Notes: generated from the letters alone by a model not told the origin. 64,000 nucleotides of DNA from Macrostomum lignano (GCA_002269645.1 NIVC01000209.1:159619-223618), one strand, 5' to 3'; counted from the stretch's first letter, positions 1-13,155 are shown. Made by a program: numbers and translations.

Positions 1-67
1 TGACCCTGCATCGATTCCGTCCGCATGTCCCCCGCCCGCCCGCCCGTCCGTGTATTCCACAGAGACA

Positions 68-2467
68 ATGCGGAATCCACTGCCATCACTCTGGCTATCG
101 ATTGCTCTCGCAGCGGTGCTGGGCACATCCGGGGTCCACAGCTACCCCAGCTTCACCTATAGCTACGTTGGCTGCTACACCGACAGCGGGTCTAACAGAG
201 ACATCACTGGCTTAGGCGGAATCTCCCAGCTGGGCAGTTTTCCAGCAAGTCTCTTTTACACTTTTTATGCTGTTTTGTAGACCAATGCTAAGTAAAATGT
301 GGCCCCCTAATCGACTGACAAAAGCACACGATTTTTAGTGCCGGTGCCCAGAAAGAGAAATAAAATGGCGCCCCTCTCAAATGAAATGGCGCCCCTCTCA
401 AATGAAATGGCGCCCCTCTCAAATGAAATGGCGCCCCTCTCAAATGAAATGGCGCCCCTCTCAAATGAAATGGCGCCCCTCTCAAATAAAATGGCGCCCC
501 TCTCAAATGAAATGGCGCCCCTCTCAAATGAAATGGTGCCCCTCTCAAATGACTTGGCAACCCCACTCAAATGAAATGGCGCCCCTCTCAAATGAAATGG
601 TGCCCCTCTCAAATGACTTGGCAACCCCACTCAAATGAAATGGCGCTCCCTACTCAAATGAAATGGCACCCCTTTCAAATTAAATGGCACCCCCTTTCAA
701 ATGAAATGGCGCCCCTCTCAAATGAAATGGCGCCCCCTACTCAAATTAAATGGCGCCCCAAATGATGCCCAAGGACTGTTTAGGAAGTCCTTCAAACGAA
801 ATTGAGTCTTTAAATCAATTAATTAGCATTGACCACTTATGGCTGACTCTCCTCTCTCTCTCGTTCAATGTTATGCATATCCCGAGTAGGTGGACCCTAA
901 CACTGGAGCGCAGTACATCTTTGACAACTCCGCAATGTCGCTGAGCCTGTGCGCTAGCGCCTGCTCGCTGGGCGGCTTTCCTTACTTCGGCGTGCAAGCC
1001 AGCGCTTTCTGCTTTTGCGGCTGGTCCTACGGATCTCTCGGTCAGGTCAGCGACGCGGATTGCAGCGGTTCCGGTCAAACTTGCAGAGGAAATCCGGCTG
1101 AAGTGTGCGGCGGTCTGGATCTGAATGCAGTCTACGCTATGCACTACGGTACGTGTCTAGAGTTGGGGAGTTGCTGAGATGCCAATTGGCTCAATGGGGA
1201 GTTGCTGAGATGCCAATTGGCTCAATGGGGAGTTGCTGAGATGCCAATTGGCTCAATGGGGAGTTGCTGAGATGCCAATTGGCTCAATGGGGAGTTGCTG
1301 AGATGCCAATTGGCTCAATGGGGAGTTGCTGAGATGCCAATTGGCTCAATGGGGAGTTGCTGAGATGCCAATTGGCTCAATGGGGAGTGGCTGAGATGCC
1401 AATTGGCTCAATGGGGGAGTTGCTGAGATGCCAATTGGCTCAATGGGGGGAGTTGCTGAGATGCCAATTGGCTCAATGGGGAGTTGCTGAGATGCCAATT
1501 GGCTCAATGGGGAGTTGCTGAGATGCCAATTGGCTCAATGGGGGGAGTTGCTGAGATGCCAATTGGCTCAATGGGGAGTTGCTGAGATGCCAATTGGCTC
1601 AATGGGGAGTTGCTGAGATGCCAATTGGCTCAATGGGGAGTTGCTGAGATGCCAATTGGCTCAATGGGGAGTTGCTGAGATGCCAATTGGCTCAATGGGG
1701 AGTGGCTGAGATGCCAATTGGCTCAATGGGGAGTTGCTGAGATGCCAATTGGCTCAATGGGGAGTTGCTGAGATGCCAATTGGCTCAATGGGGAGTTGCT
1801 GAGATGCCAATTGGCTCAATGGGGAGTGGCTGAGATGCCAATTGGCTCAATGGGGAGTTGCTGAGATGCCAATTGGCTCAATGGGGAGTTGCTGAGATGC
1901 CAATTGGCTCAATGGGGAGTAGCTAGGATTCCATGGTTATGGGGAGCAGCTAGGATTCCATGGCTCAATGGGGAGTAGCTAGGATTCCATGGCTCAATGG
2001 GGAGTAGCTAGGATTCCATGGCTCAATGGGGAGTAGCTAGGATTCCATGGCTCAATGGGGAGTAGCTAGGATTCCATGGCTCAATGGGGAGTAGCTAGGA
2101 TTCCATGGCTCAATGGGGAGTAGCTAGGATTCCATGGCTCAATGGGGAAGTAGCTAGGATTCCATGGCTCAACTGATTGGAGCTTCCAAAGCCCTTTTTG
2201 TCTCCTGTAGGCAGCGGCTGCAAGACATTTCGGCTGGAGGCCAGCCGACCTCAGCTGGTGGTGACCAGCTCCTACTCGAAGACCACCCACTGGACTGAAC
2301 CCGTCACCGAGGCCGCCAACTGCATTCTGAAGTGCCACTCCTCCGCGAGTAGCAACTGTCAGGCTGTGATTTTCCAGCAGCAGGCCCGGCTGTGCCACCT
2401 TCTGAAGTTCGCTCTGGTGCCGCAGGCTCTGAACACCACTGTTGGAGACTTCTACATCAGAGCCTGA
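68..2467 (+). CDS. Secreted WSC-domain + PAN/Apple-like protein, paralogue 1 (3 exons, 230 aa)
   Basis: Exons 68-244, 890-1148, 2211-2467 join in frame (693 nt). Hydrophobic N-terminus (LWLSIALAAVLG). WSC pattern YVGCYTD..R..MSLSLCASAC..GFPYFGVQ..FCFCG..C..C.G..CGG..NAVY. C-terminal C-x3-C..C.AVIF..Q.RLCHL PAN/Apple-like pattern. Intron 1 donor is GCAAGT. Confidence 0.88.
360..765. repeat. 21-bp minisatellite (AAATGAAATGGCGCCCCTCTC)n in intron 1 of paralogue 1
   Basis: Period of 21 read directly from the sequence; the overlapping ORFs are repeat artefacts. Confidence 0.95.
1164..2172. repeat. 31-bp minisatellite (TGGGGAGTTGCTGAGATGCCAATTGGCTCAA)n changing to a 29-bp variant at about 1920, intron 2 of paralogue 1
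   Basis: Periods of 31 and 29 read directly. Confidence 0.95.
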
Positions 2468-2845
2468 GAGCGGTTCTCTGCTGAAACATCTACTGAAAAT
2501 ATGCAACAGTGAACTGTCTAATTAATTAATACTTTTTGCTGAGGAAAATTAGTTCACTACATGAAAGCCAACCCCTCTGGGAACAAAGACTGTACATGCC
2601 TGATAGTTAGAAAGTCACCCTGTGTGAGTGTGCAGCGCCTGCGTATGTATCTGTGTACATGTTCAGGAGTCGGTGGAACGGCCTTGATTTGTAATTCATA
2701 GCCTTCTGCAAACTAACTGATTGCCTTTAGTACCCAATCCCTATTTCCTTTTCGAATTGCTTACTTTAATTTTACTGATTCATATCGTGTCTTTTCAATT
2801 AGTTTCGTGTTAGCTGCGAATTTTGCAGGATTTCTAAATTTGATG

Positions 2846-3265
2846 CCCATCTGATTGGCTACAGAGTGGAAGGGGTTAGATTCTCCTTGATCGTCATCTG
2901 ATTGGCTAGAGAGTGCAGGAAGGGGTTAGACTCTCCCTGATCGTCATCTGATTGGCTAGAGAGTGGAAGGGGTTAGACTTTCCTTGACCGTCATCTGGTT
3001 GGCTATAGAGTGCAGGAAGTGGTTAGACTCTCCCTGATCGTCATCTGATTGGCTAGAGAGTGCAGGAAGGGGTTAGTCTCTCTTTGATCGTCATCTGATT
3101 GGCTAGAGAGTGGAAGGGGTTAGACTCTCCTTGACCGTCATCTGGTTGGTTAAAGAGAGTGCAGGAAGGGGTTAGACTCTCCTTGACCGTCATCTGGTTG
3201 GTTAAAGAGAGTGCAGGAAGGGGTTAGACTTTGTTTGTCCGTCATCTGGTTGGTTAAAGAGAGTG
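2846..3265. repeat. About 47-50-bp tandem array containing CTGATTGG (inverted CCAAT)
   Basis: Repeated CATCTGATTGGCTAGAGAGTG(CAG)GAAGGGGTTAGACTCTCC units. Confidence 0.9.
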
Positions 3266-4199
3266 TTAGAAAAGTATTTTTGTGTGTTAGATGTGTCGCT
3301 TTTTAAACGCTGAACTTTAACTTTTTCAATTTAAAAAGCGTCATTCTTTTTTGTGAATATTGCCAATAACTCTATAAAAGTACACTGACAAATTTAATTC
3401 CTATAAGCTCGCAGCATCGCAAACTTATTCTCATATACTCTTTTTCAAGACTTTTTTGCCTTCTATGTTTCCCCTGAATGGGCACGAGAGCCTGTAGATG
3501 CTGGCAAATATTTCCCTGGCGCTTCTGCTTTTAGACAGAGACGGGAAGACACTGGCAAAGCATGCGGCTTGCTACTTCTGCAGCGTCTCATCTTCAAGCT
3601 GCAGCCAACCTCACAGCCGTGAGACACTTTAAAAAAGAGTTTAAAAAGCAGATCGTTGCTGCTTGGCTGATTGCCTCACGAGACAACATAATCAGTTTTC
3701 TGCGCAGTAGAACGGCTGGGAAAAGTTTCGTAAGTTTGCCGATATCCTTCCTCCATCCTCCATCATTATACTAAAAATGGTCTGTCGGTAGGTATTAGGT
3801 ATCTACTATCTATCTAGGTAGGTATGCGATCGATTAGAGAAAAACAGCTCAACTGATTTTCATTCGACTTGCAGTGTTCGATCAGAAATTTTCCCGTGAC
3901 GGTACATGTGTCTTGGCTAAGAAATTGCCTAATGCTAAAGGGATTAAATATTCGAAAAAAATCTTTTTTGCAAAGGTCAAGCAAACTTTTCGACTTGAAA
4001 TGTATTGTAAGAATTCTAGAGAATATACCAATATTGATGATGGGCTGCAGAGGCCTCTGCAGAGGCCTCGCGCGTAAAAGAAGCCTCTCGTATAAGCATT
4101 GCTGTGACTTCTTGGGGAGAGTTTTGAAGGCCTACGGTGAATAACTGAGATGTAAAGGCTTACGGAGAGATTTCTTAGATGTCAAGGCAAAAGTCAGAG

Positions 4200-4560
4200 A
4201 GGCCTTTTTTATTAGAGGCAGGGGGTTGTGTGCACCCTGGCGCACTTTAAGCGACATGGGCACACAACCGGCGAGAGGCATTACTGCCCATTCCGCCGAC
4301 TCCCCTGAGCAGGCAAACAAGCGCGCGCATACGTACGCAGGCACACACTCACACAGGAGTGTACAGCGGCCCTAACTTTATTTTATCGTTAGGCATGTAC
4401 ACTTCACTGCGCCTTGGGGGGTTGGCTCTCAAGGCCGTTAATTGCACGAGCAGAGCCAAGCCGAGATTCCAATTCAGCCCCAAATTAATGTGACTGCACT
4501 TGGAATCGAGCCTGGGTCGCTGGCACACCTGAGCAGCTGCGCTACCGCTGGGCTACGGCC
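4200..4560 (-). mobile_element. tRNA-derived SINE (family also seen at 23620-23990, with fragments at about 2590-2690 and 5185-5225)
   Basis: Minus strand begins GGCCGTAGCCCAGCGGTAG (A-box-like) then GGCTCGATTCCA (B-box-like). The body matches the other copies (GGGCCGCTGTAC..CCTGTGTGAGTGTG..GCCTGCGTA). Ends near AATAAAAAA. Confidence 0.65.
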
Positions 4561-5326
4561 CCCCCCCCAAAGTCAGAAAGTCAAAGGCTACATGTAGTTC
4601 ATTTAATTTTTTTACTACATTCCCTTTGGCTCCCCATGGGGGGTGTTGCTGATAGAGAAGAAGCGTCATGTCGAAGTTAACAGATTCATTTGGTGGGAAC
4701 CGCTGCGATGTCAATTAAGGCTTTGAGGGAATCGCTATAATGCTGTAATGCTATAATGACTCTTTGGGAGAATTACTGAAATGTCAATGCTTTAAGGTTA
4801 GGGTTAGGGTTAATGTTCACAGATTTTTTATCATTTGAGATGTCAAGGCTTAATAACAAGGGATTGCTGAGGTTATTGCAATGAGACGCCAGTCGTACAT
4901 ATAAGTTTATTAAAAAACTTGTACTGCATTTTTTACTATATAGTTTTTACTTTGTTTACAGAGGGGAAATGCGAGAGCAAAAGATGAGATGAGGCGTGGA
5001 ATCGGAAAAGAAATGAGGGATAAGGTAAGAGCAGAGATGAGATTAGAGAAGAGAGTTGAGAAGAGAACCTTGAGCGTATGAGATTGTTATTGTAAAGTCC
5101 CAAAGGACCCGAGGGCCGGATAGAGAGGCTTCACGGGCCACATGTGAAGTTGCCGGTCCTTAGTCCCGATGATGTGAAAGTCATGGCCGCTGTGTACACC
5201 CTGTGTGTGCGTGCCTGCTCAATGCTCACTAATGATGGTGCAAACTTAATTTTTACGTTAATTCTAAAATTTTAAACTTGTAAAATCATGCTTGACAGGA
5301 TTATTCTGCAAGGATTCCCAGATCTG

Positions 5327-6630
5327 ATGCTGACTTCCCTACATGTGTCTGCTGCCACCTTGCTGCTGGTAGCCAGTGCTGTTCAGTGCTACTACAGGAG
5401 CTTCAGCTATACATATATTGGCTGCTTCAAGGACAACACGGGAGGCGTCAGGGATATCGTTGGACTGACTGGGATCACCCAGATGGACACTTTCGATGTA
5501 ACTATGAATATCTAGCCTCTAGTAGTTGTAGCCACTAGGAGTTGTAGCCGAGTGGTCAGAGCGTAGGACTCACGACTTGAATGTCGGGAGTTAGATTCCC
5601 GATTCCATTGGAACAATTTGTGTCCTTGAGCAAGACTCCTAACTCTGCATTGATTCAGTTCACCCAGCTGTAAAATGGGTGCCAGCATTAGCTGGGGTAA
5701 TTGAGGCTGTGAGTGGCGACCCCCAGTCCTTGGACTGAACAGCCGTACGCAGCCTTCAGATGCGCCGCGCAATAGCTGCGGCTGAGCTGTCGGTTGCACA
5801 TCTGGCCAATGGGGCAGGTGTAATCAATTGTTATTACTATAAATGTCTACAAAAACAGATTGCATTGATTTTTGTCGTTCAGCTTCAGGCTTTAAACCAG
5901 ATTATTATTATTTATTTTTTCATAGCCGAGTGTCTACCGCTTTTAGGTGTCCCCCGAGCCTGCCAATTCATTTGTGTACAATACAATGGCGCCCAATTTG
6001 TGCGCCAGAATCTGCTCTCTGGGCGGCTTCGCCTATTTCGGTTTGCAAGCCGGAGGCTTCTGCTTCTGCGGCTGGTCCTACGGATCGCAGGGTTCGGCCC
6101 CAGAGTCTGATTGCTCAGAGGCATGCACTGGAAATGCCTCGACCGTCTGCGGTGGTCAAGACCGCAACTCCGTCTACGCAATGCACTACGGTAATAAAAG
6201 TTCATTAAAACGTCATTAAACGGGAATTGCAAGTAGTACTGATCAAGATAATTCGAGTAATCAACGGGAATGGGGTTTGGAGATCCTAGCTGCTCTCATG
6301 AACTTTTAAAATTTGGTTAGCCAACGAACCACTGGGAACTTTGATCTGCTGTTTCTTCCAATTCCAGGCAACAGCTGCAAGAACTTCCACCTGGAGACCA
6401 GCCGACCCCCGCTGAAAGTGGAAGTCGCCACCTTCACCCAAGCCGCCTACTCTGCCGTGGCCGCCACGGAAGCCACCGACTGCATTCTGAAGTGCCACTC
6501 CGCCGGTAGAACCTGCCAGGCTGTGATCTTCAACCAGCAGGCCCGGCTGTGCTACCGGCTGAGGTTCGCTCTGGTGCCGGAGGCTCTGAATGCCACTGCC
6601 GCTGTGGGAGATTTCTACGTGATCGAGTGA
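5327..6630 (+). CDS. Secreted WSC-domain + PAN/Apple-like protein, paralogue 2 (3 exons, 225 aa)
   Basis: Exons 5327-5497, 5947-6190, 6368-6630 join in frame (678 nt) with GT-AG introns at the same positions and phases (0, 1) as paralogue 1. Signal-peptide-like start; WSC and PAN-like cysteine patterns. Confidence 0.9.
5538..5800 (+). mobile_element. tRNA-derived SINE with CORE-like central domain, intron 1 of paralogue 2
   Basis: A box TAGCCGAGTGGT and B-box-like GAGTTAGATTCCC, followed by TGTGTCCTTGAGCAAGACTCCTAAC...TCAGTT...CTGTAAAATGGG, which resembles the recalled MIR/CORE consensus. The 3' boundary is approximate. Confidence 0.7.
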
Positions 6631-7663
6631 GATATGAGTGACCTTTGTTAACAATCTTAATTGGCCACCTATCTGAAATAGCAAGACTGGGTCGTTCTCA
6701 AAGCTAGGTCACAACTTTTTGTTATTGAAAAAAAGTTTGTACACGGACCAACAACAGTACAAAAAATTTATTTTGACAATTTCAGTAAGAAGCTGTTACT
6801 AAAACCACAAAAAACTTAAGTATGACAATAAATGAATCTATTTGTTATTCTAGACAAAATTATTAGACAAAGTTGAATTAATTAATTACTAAAAATCTAC
6901 TAGCTTAACTAAAATAGCAATTAGTCTTTAAGAAAAATTCCACTTGTTAATTGAGAAAAATGAGGTTGTGTGAGATGTACAAATGCAAATGAGCATGCAG
7001 GAAACAGAAACAAACAAAAAAGTTAAATGTGTGAAAATTAATATTTCGCATAAAACGAAAAAAGACACTGCACATGCATATTTAATATGATAAGGAGACA
7101 TAATGAGCACACGCACACTGAAACACCAGTACTAATGGCGAGTCTGCTTCTCGTTGCGAACCCATGCAATAATCAAACTTATGATCGAACTACGCATGGT
7201 TTCTGTCCCTCGCTTTAAATCTCTCACCTCCCCTAGTTCCATCAACCTTAGCAGCTCCTATGCAAAAAGTATCCCTCCGCATCTTATACACGCGTGGCTA
7301 CTTCAGGCTGTAGCCTGACTACACTTTTATAATTGGTTGCACTATTAAGGCATCATATTAAGGCTGCTCAAACAAGGCTGGAGCTTTTCTAGTAATTTCA
7401 GGTTTGTCCATAGACCAAAGCTCGTGATAGGAATTCTATCAACTACATCAAATAATGTATGAACTTATTGTGTGTGTGCTGTGCATATATATGTATATAT
7501 ATAGTCGCACGTCCGACATGTGCTATTTCCAGTAACAAAAATAAATGTTCGGTAAATTGTTAAAATTTTCACTCCTCCCAGAATTTGAGAACGACCCGGC
7601 TACGCAATGAGAAAATACTAAATGCAACATGTCTACTTTCTTTTATTGTATCTAATCTGCGCT

Positions 7664-8040
7664 TATCTGATTGGTCGATAAAGGGGGTGTGGCGGATAGT
7701 TGTGAGGTCAGCTGATTGGCCAGAAAAAGGAGGTGGGGTGGATAGTTGTGAGGTCAGCTGATTGGCCAGAAAAAGGAGGTGGGGAAGAGTTGTGCGGTCA
7801 GCTGATTGGCCAGGAAAAGGGGGTGGGGCGGATAGTTGTGCGGTCAGCTGATTGGCCAGGAAAAGGGGGTGGGGCGGATAGTTGTGCGGTCAGCTGATTG
7901 GCCAGGAAAAGGGGGTGGGGCGGATAGTTGTGCGGTCAGCTGATTGGCCAGGAAAAGGGGGTGGGGCGGATAGTTGTGCGGTCAGCTGATTGGCCAGGAA
8001 AAGGGGTGAGGCGGATTGCTGTGCAGCCATCTGATTAGCT
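7664..8040. repeat. 46-bp tandem array with inverted CCAAT and GC box (GCTGATTGGCCAGGAAAAGGGGGTGGGGCGGATAGTTGTGCGGTCA)n
   Basis: About 8 units read directly. Confidence 0.92.
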
Positions 8041-8572
8041 ATTAAAATTCTTCATACCTTTTTTTTTACCCTGAATAACGACTTAAACTTGAAAAGTGCC
8101 GAATAGCTTTTCCTCTTTTTTTACACGTAGTCTACAGAAAAAATTGAAAGATTTTGTTTGCAGAAATAAATCAATAACTGTTTTTACCTTTAGAACTATC
8201 GCACATAAATCAATAAAATCAATTTTCCGATCAAAAATCAAAATCATGTGGTTTCTTACTTTGTTTTATTTTTTCTCTTGTTTTCCTGTTTTTTCAGCAA
8301 CTGTCTTGTGCAAATATAAAACGCATCATGCCGTTCTTGAAGCCACCGCTGAGCTGCATTCTGATAATTGACAATGACAACACGCATCCACTCTTTGTTA
8401 TTTCCTTCTGACGGCGAATTCGACTGGAGAAAGTTTTTTGCATTTCAAAACTGGCAACTCTGAAAGTAGAATGTCAGATGGCATTCTGCCTGTTTTGTAG
8501 GAGACATTTCCCATGTTCTGAAGAACTGTTATTCTCTTTGAAGTTAATAGGAATCTCTGGCTCCAAGTCCAA

Positions 8573-8575
<3 letters not shown>

Positions 8576-8613
<38 letters not shown>

Positions 8614-8614
8614 C

Positions 8615-8645
<31 letters not shown>

Positions 8646-8658
8646 CACAGACAGACAC

Positions 8659-8689
<31 letters not shown>

Positions 8690-8746
8690 CACAGACAGAC
8701 ACACAGACAGACAGACAGACAGACACACAGACAGACAGACAGACAC

Positions 8747-8840
<94 letters not shown>
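8576..8840. repeat. (GACA)n microsatellite
   Basis: Read directly. Confidence 0.98.
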
Positions 8841-8841
<1 letters not shown>

Positions 8842-9394
8842 TTTAATTGGCATCAGAAATAGCCACCGTGCATTTCCCATTCAGTCTGAAACACACTAAA
8901 GTTGGTCCCAGCAACGCTACTTCTAAGCATTTTAAAAAAACTTGTATAAATGATATGATCCTAAATCGTTTTAATCTAGCACACAACTATCAATATTATA
9001 CTGTAATACTGATCCCGAATAATTAATCCCAAGGACGCAAAGTCCTTATCTTGCCCTGTTTGATGGTTTTTTAAACGCATGAACTAACTTTCATGCTGCT
9101 ACTGAAAGTACTGCATACAGCGCCTGGTTTTTTTTAAACTCCAAGGCTATTTCCAAAAACGTTTACCCTGTACACCTGGGCTGCTACAAAGAAGCGCTCC
9201 CAGCGCCAGCCAGTGCCATTCAACTCATTTAACTTGCCCATTAAAAACTACCAGCATTGTGTTGTTGACCAGGTTATGAATTTGACTGAGGCAAAGGTGC
9301 TGAGGCACACGCATGAGACGCATGACTGGGCAGGTAATGAGCTATCACCCCATTGCCAAGCCTGCTTGAAGGGTCAGGTGCATAACAAACAAAC

Positions 9395-10751
<1,357 letters not shown>

Positions 10752-11365
10752 AAATAACTAAATTTTCAACCCACAAACTCGGCTCTGCTACCTGCTGAAG
10801 TTTTCTCTTGTGCAGCACCGTTGGGGAAGAGTCAATGACGATTGTCCCCAACAACATCCCCAACAACATCTCCAACAACTTTGACTTACTGATTTTGCTG
10901 CAATGTGGTCCGTAGACACCCATTCCGCTAGCCCTGAAGGCCCGCAGACAGGCAGAGGCGTGGGACCCGTCAATGGACGTAGCCATAGAGTTAGCGTAGC
11001 CGGTCTCTGGTAAAGAAAGGGCAGTGACAAACAAAGTGCTGAGCATCTTCATTGTCGTACTCGCAAAAAGGGCAAAGTTCGCTCTCGAGGTCGCCTCGGA
11101 GGAAGCAGTGCCTGGCGAGATAGCCGTGACCGTTAAAGGTCATGACAAGGGCTCAAATATCCTTCCGATTTTGGTTCAGAAGGACGTTTCTGAGCCTGTG
11201 AGAGGGGCACGGATCCGCGGCACGAGATTGCCGGCAGTTCTGGGTTCAGCCCAGTCATCGATCTGACGATTGATGACCCTAGAAAGGATAGTGACCAGGG
11301 GTTCAGGACCAAGGAAAGAGCCAGAGCCGCTCCCCCTGGCGATGGTGTCTGCCAACTCGTTTCCC
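10752..11365 (-). mobile_element. Degenerate 3' fragment of an RNase H-containing non-LTR retrotransposon (I/R1/LOA-like)
   Basis: Minus-strand translation gives the RNase H end GNELADTIARGSGSGSFLGPEP. After a frameshift it reads NCRQSR..LLNQNRKDI*ALVMTFNGHGYLARH..ELCPFCEYDNEDAQHFVCHCPF (CCHC knuckle) with in-frame stops, then a short 3' UTR. Confidence 0.85.
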
Positions 11366-11740
11366 AAAAACATCCCTAGCAGCACCCCCAACAGGATTCC
11401 CAACAGCATCCCCAACAGCATCCCCAACAGCATCCACAACAGCTTCCACAGCAGCATCCCCAACAGCATCCCCAACAGCATCCCCAACAGCATTCCAAAA
11501 GCATCCCCAACAGCATCCCCAACAGCATCCCAACAGCATCCCAAACAGCATCCCCAACAGCATTCCAACAGCATCCCCAACAGCATTCCAACAGCATCCC
11601 CAACAGCATTCCAACAGCATCCCCAACAGCATTCCAACAGCATCCCCAACAGCATTCCAACAGCATCCCCAACAGCATCCCCAACAGCATCCCCAACAGA
11701 ATCCCAACAGCATCCCCAACAGCATTCCAACAGCATCCCC
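11365..11740. repeat. 12-bp minisatellite (CAACAGCATCCC)n
   Basis: Read directly; the GMLL/PNSI ORFs are artefacts. Confidence 0.95.
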
Positions 11741-11865
11741 GATATGTTTACTATAGTTTGTAGCGGCTCGCCTTCGGCCTGGCGAGCGAAAAGAAAGTTC
11801 GCTTGCCAAGCCTCAAGTTGCGGCCTGGCTTCTCAACTTGAGCGTCTACTTGGGCCATAGACGTA

Positions 11866-13155
11866 CGAGAGGAAGTCAAAAAGTAATGATAATTTTGTTC
11901 TCACGAAGTGTCAAACTTCAAATGGGAATCTACTCTTCTACATGGTACCCCTTCAGGGTCAGGCACTTCTTCATTCAGTGTTGCGGCTGTTGCCATCTCT
12001 CCAGGCCGTTCGCGTAGAACTCAGGAGGCTGTGCAGCAAGCCACTGTACAGTAGCCACTGGACTCCTTTGATTGCTTCCTTCAGCTTGGGAAACAAAAAA
12101 GTCCGGAGGAGCCAAACCAGGGCTATATGGAGGATGCTAGAGGATTTCCAGGCGGAAATCTTGCAGGGCTTCACGGCAGAGCCGAGAAGTGTGGGCTGGT
12201 GCATCGTCGTGGTGAAAGAGAATCCCACAGTGCAGCTTGTCGGGTCGCTTTTTGGCCAGTTCGGTGCGGAGCTAGCTTTCGCAGAAGCGACTCATATCAG
12301 GTGGCACTGATGGTCTTCTGGCTTTCCAAGAAGTCGACCGTCACCACTCCCTAAACATCCCAGAAGATGGTCGCCAAGACCTTCGCTGCAGACCGTTCTG
12401 CACAGAACTTCTTGAGGCCCGCAGAACCTCGTGGCAGCCCCTCCTTGGATTGGACTTTGGATTCGGGATTGTACTGAAATATCCATGTTTCATCCCCAGT
12501 CACTGAGCGCTGGTAAAAGTTTTCTGAATCAGCCTCCAAGCGGTTCAGCAGGTTGATGGCGCACTCAGTGCGCTGAACCCGGTGTTCAGGCCGCAACAGC
12601 CGCGGGACCCAGCGGGCACTCAGCTTGCTCAGACCAAGACAGTCCGTCACAATGGAGTGAGCACTGCCATGAGAGATGGCCACTTGGTCAGCAATATTGT
12701 CTATGGTCACGCACCGATCCTGCTCAAGTACCTGCTGCACAGCTGCCACATTTTTCTCTGTGCGCGATGTTTTGGGCCTTCCAGACTGCTGGGCGTCTTC
12801 CACGGACTCTCGGCCTTTCTTGAAAGCCTGAATCCAGCGGTAAATGATTGGATCTGGTGGAGCAGTGGTCCCCGTAGACCTTCTTCAAAGCGTCAATGAT
12901 TTCGGCTGGCTTCCAACCAAGTTTTACAAGAAAATTCACGTTAGTGCGAGCTTCGATTTTTTAATTTTCCATTGCTCAAAGGGTATACTGTGATTAGAGC
13001 GTCACCATGCAGACATCAATCACTTTAGAAGAACAAAAACTCTGTAAAATAAAGAGCCAAAGATGTTTTTTTTCAAATGAAACCAGTTGCAGTTCACTAC
13101 CTCTTATATTTTAGGCGTTACAACAAAATTATCATTACTTTTTGACTTCCCCTCG
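11866..13155 (-). mobile_element. Full-length mariner transposon (irritans/Hsmar2-like) with a disrupted transposase at 11930-12972
   Basis: 34-bp TIRs at 11866-11899 and 13122-13155 with one mismatch; TA on both flanks; 1290 bp long. Transposase motifs KIEARTNVNFLVKLGWK, WVPRLL, TGDETW, HHDDAPAH, HPPYSPGLAPPDF, GYHVEE*, broken by stops and frameshifts. Confidence 0.96.

Noticed and set aside
288-765. Several ORFs over the 21-bp array
   Set aside because: Periodic translations of an intronic minisatellite whose unit is a multiple of 3.
3562-4144. Short ORFs of 67-91 aa
   Set aside because: No recognisable motif or convincing splice context; cannot be supported as a gene or TE.
4796-4813. 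TTAGGG telomeric words
   Set aside because: Only 2-3 units; too short to call an interstitial telomere.
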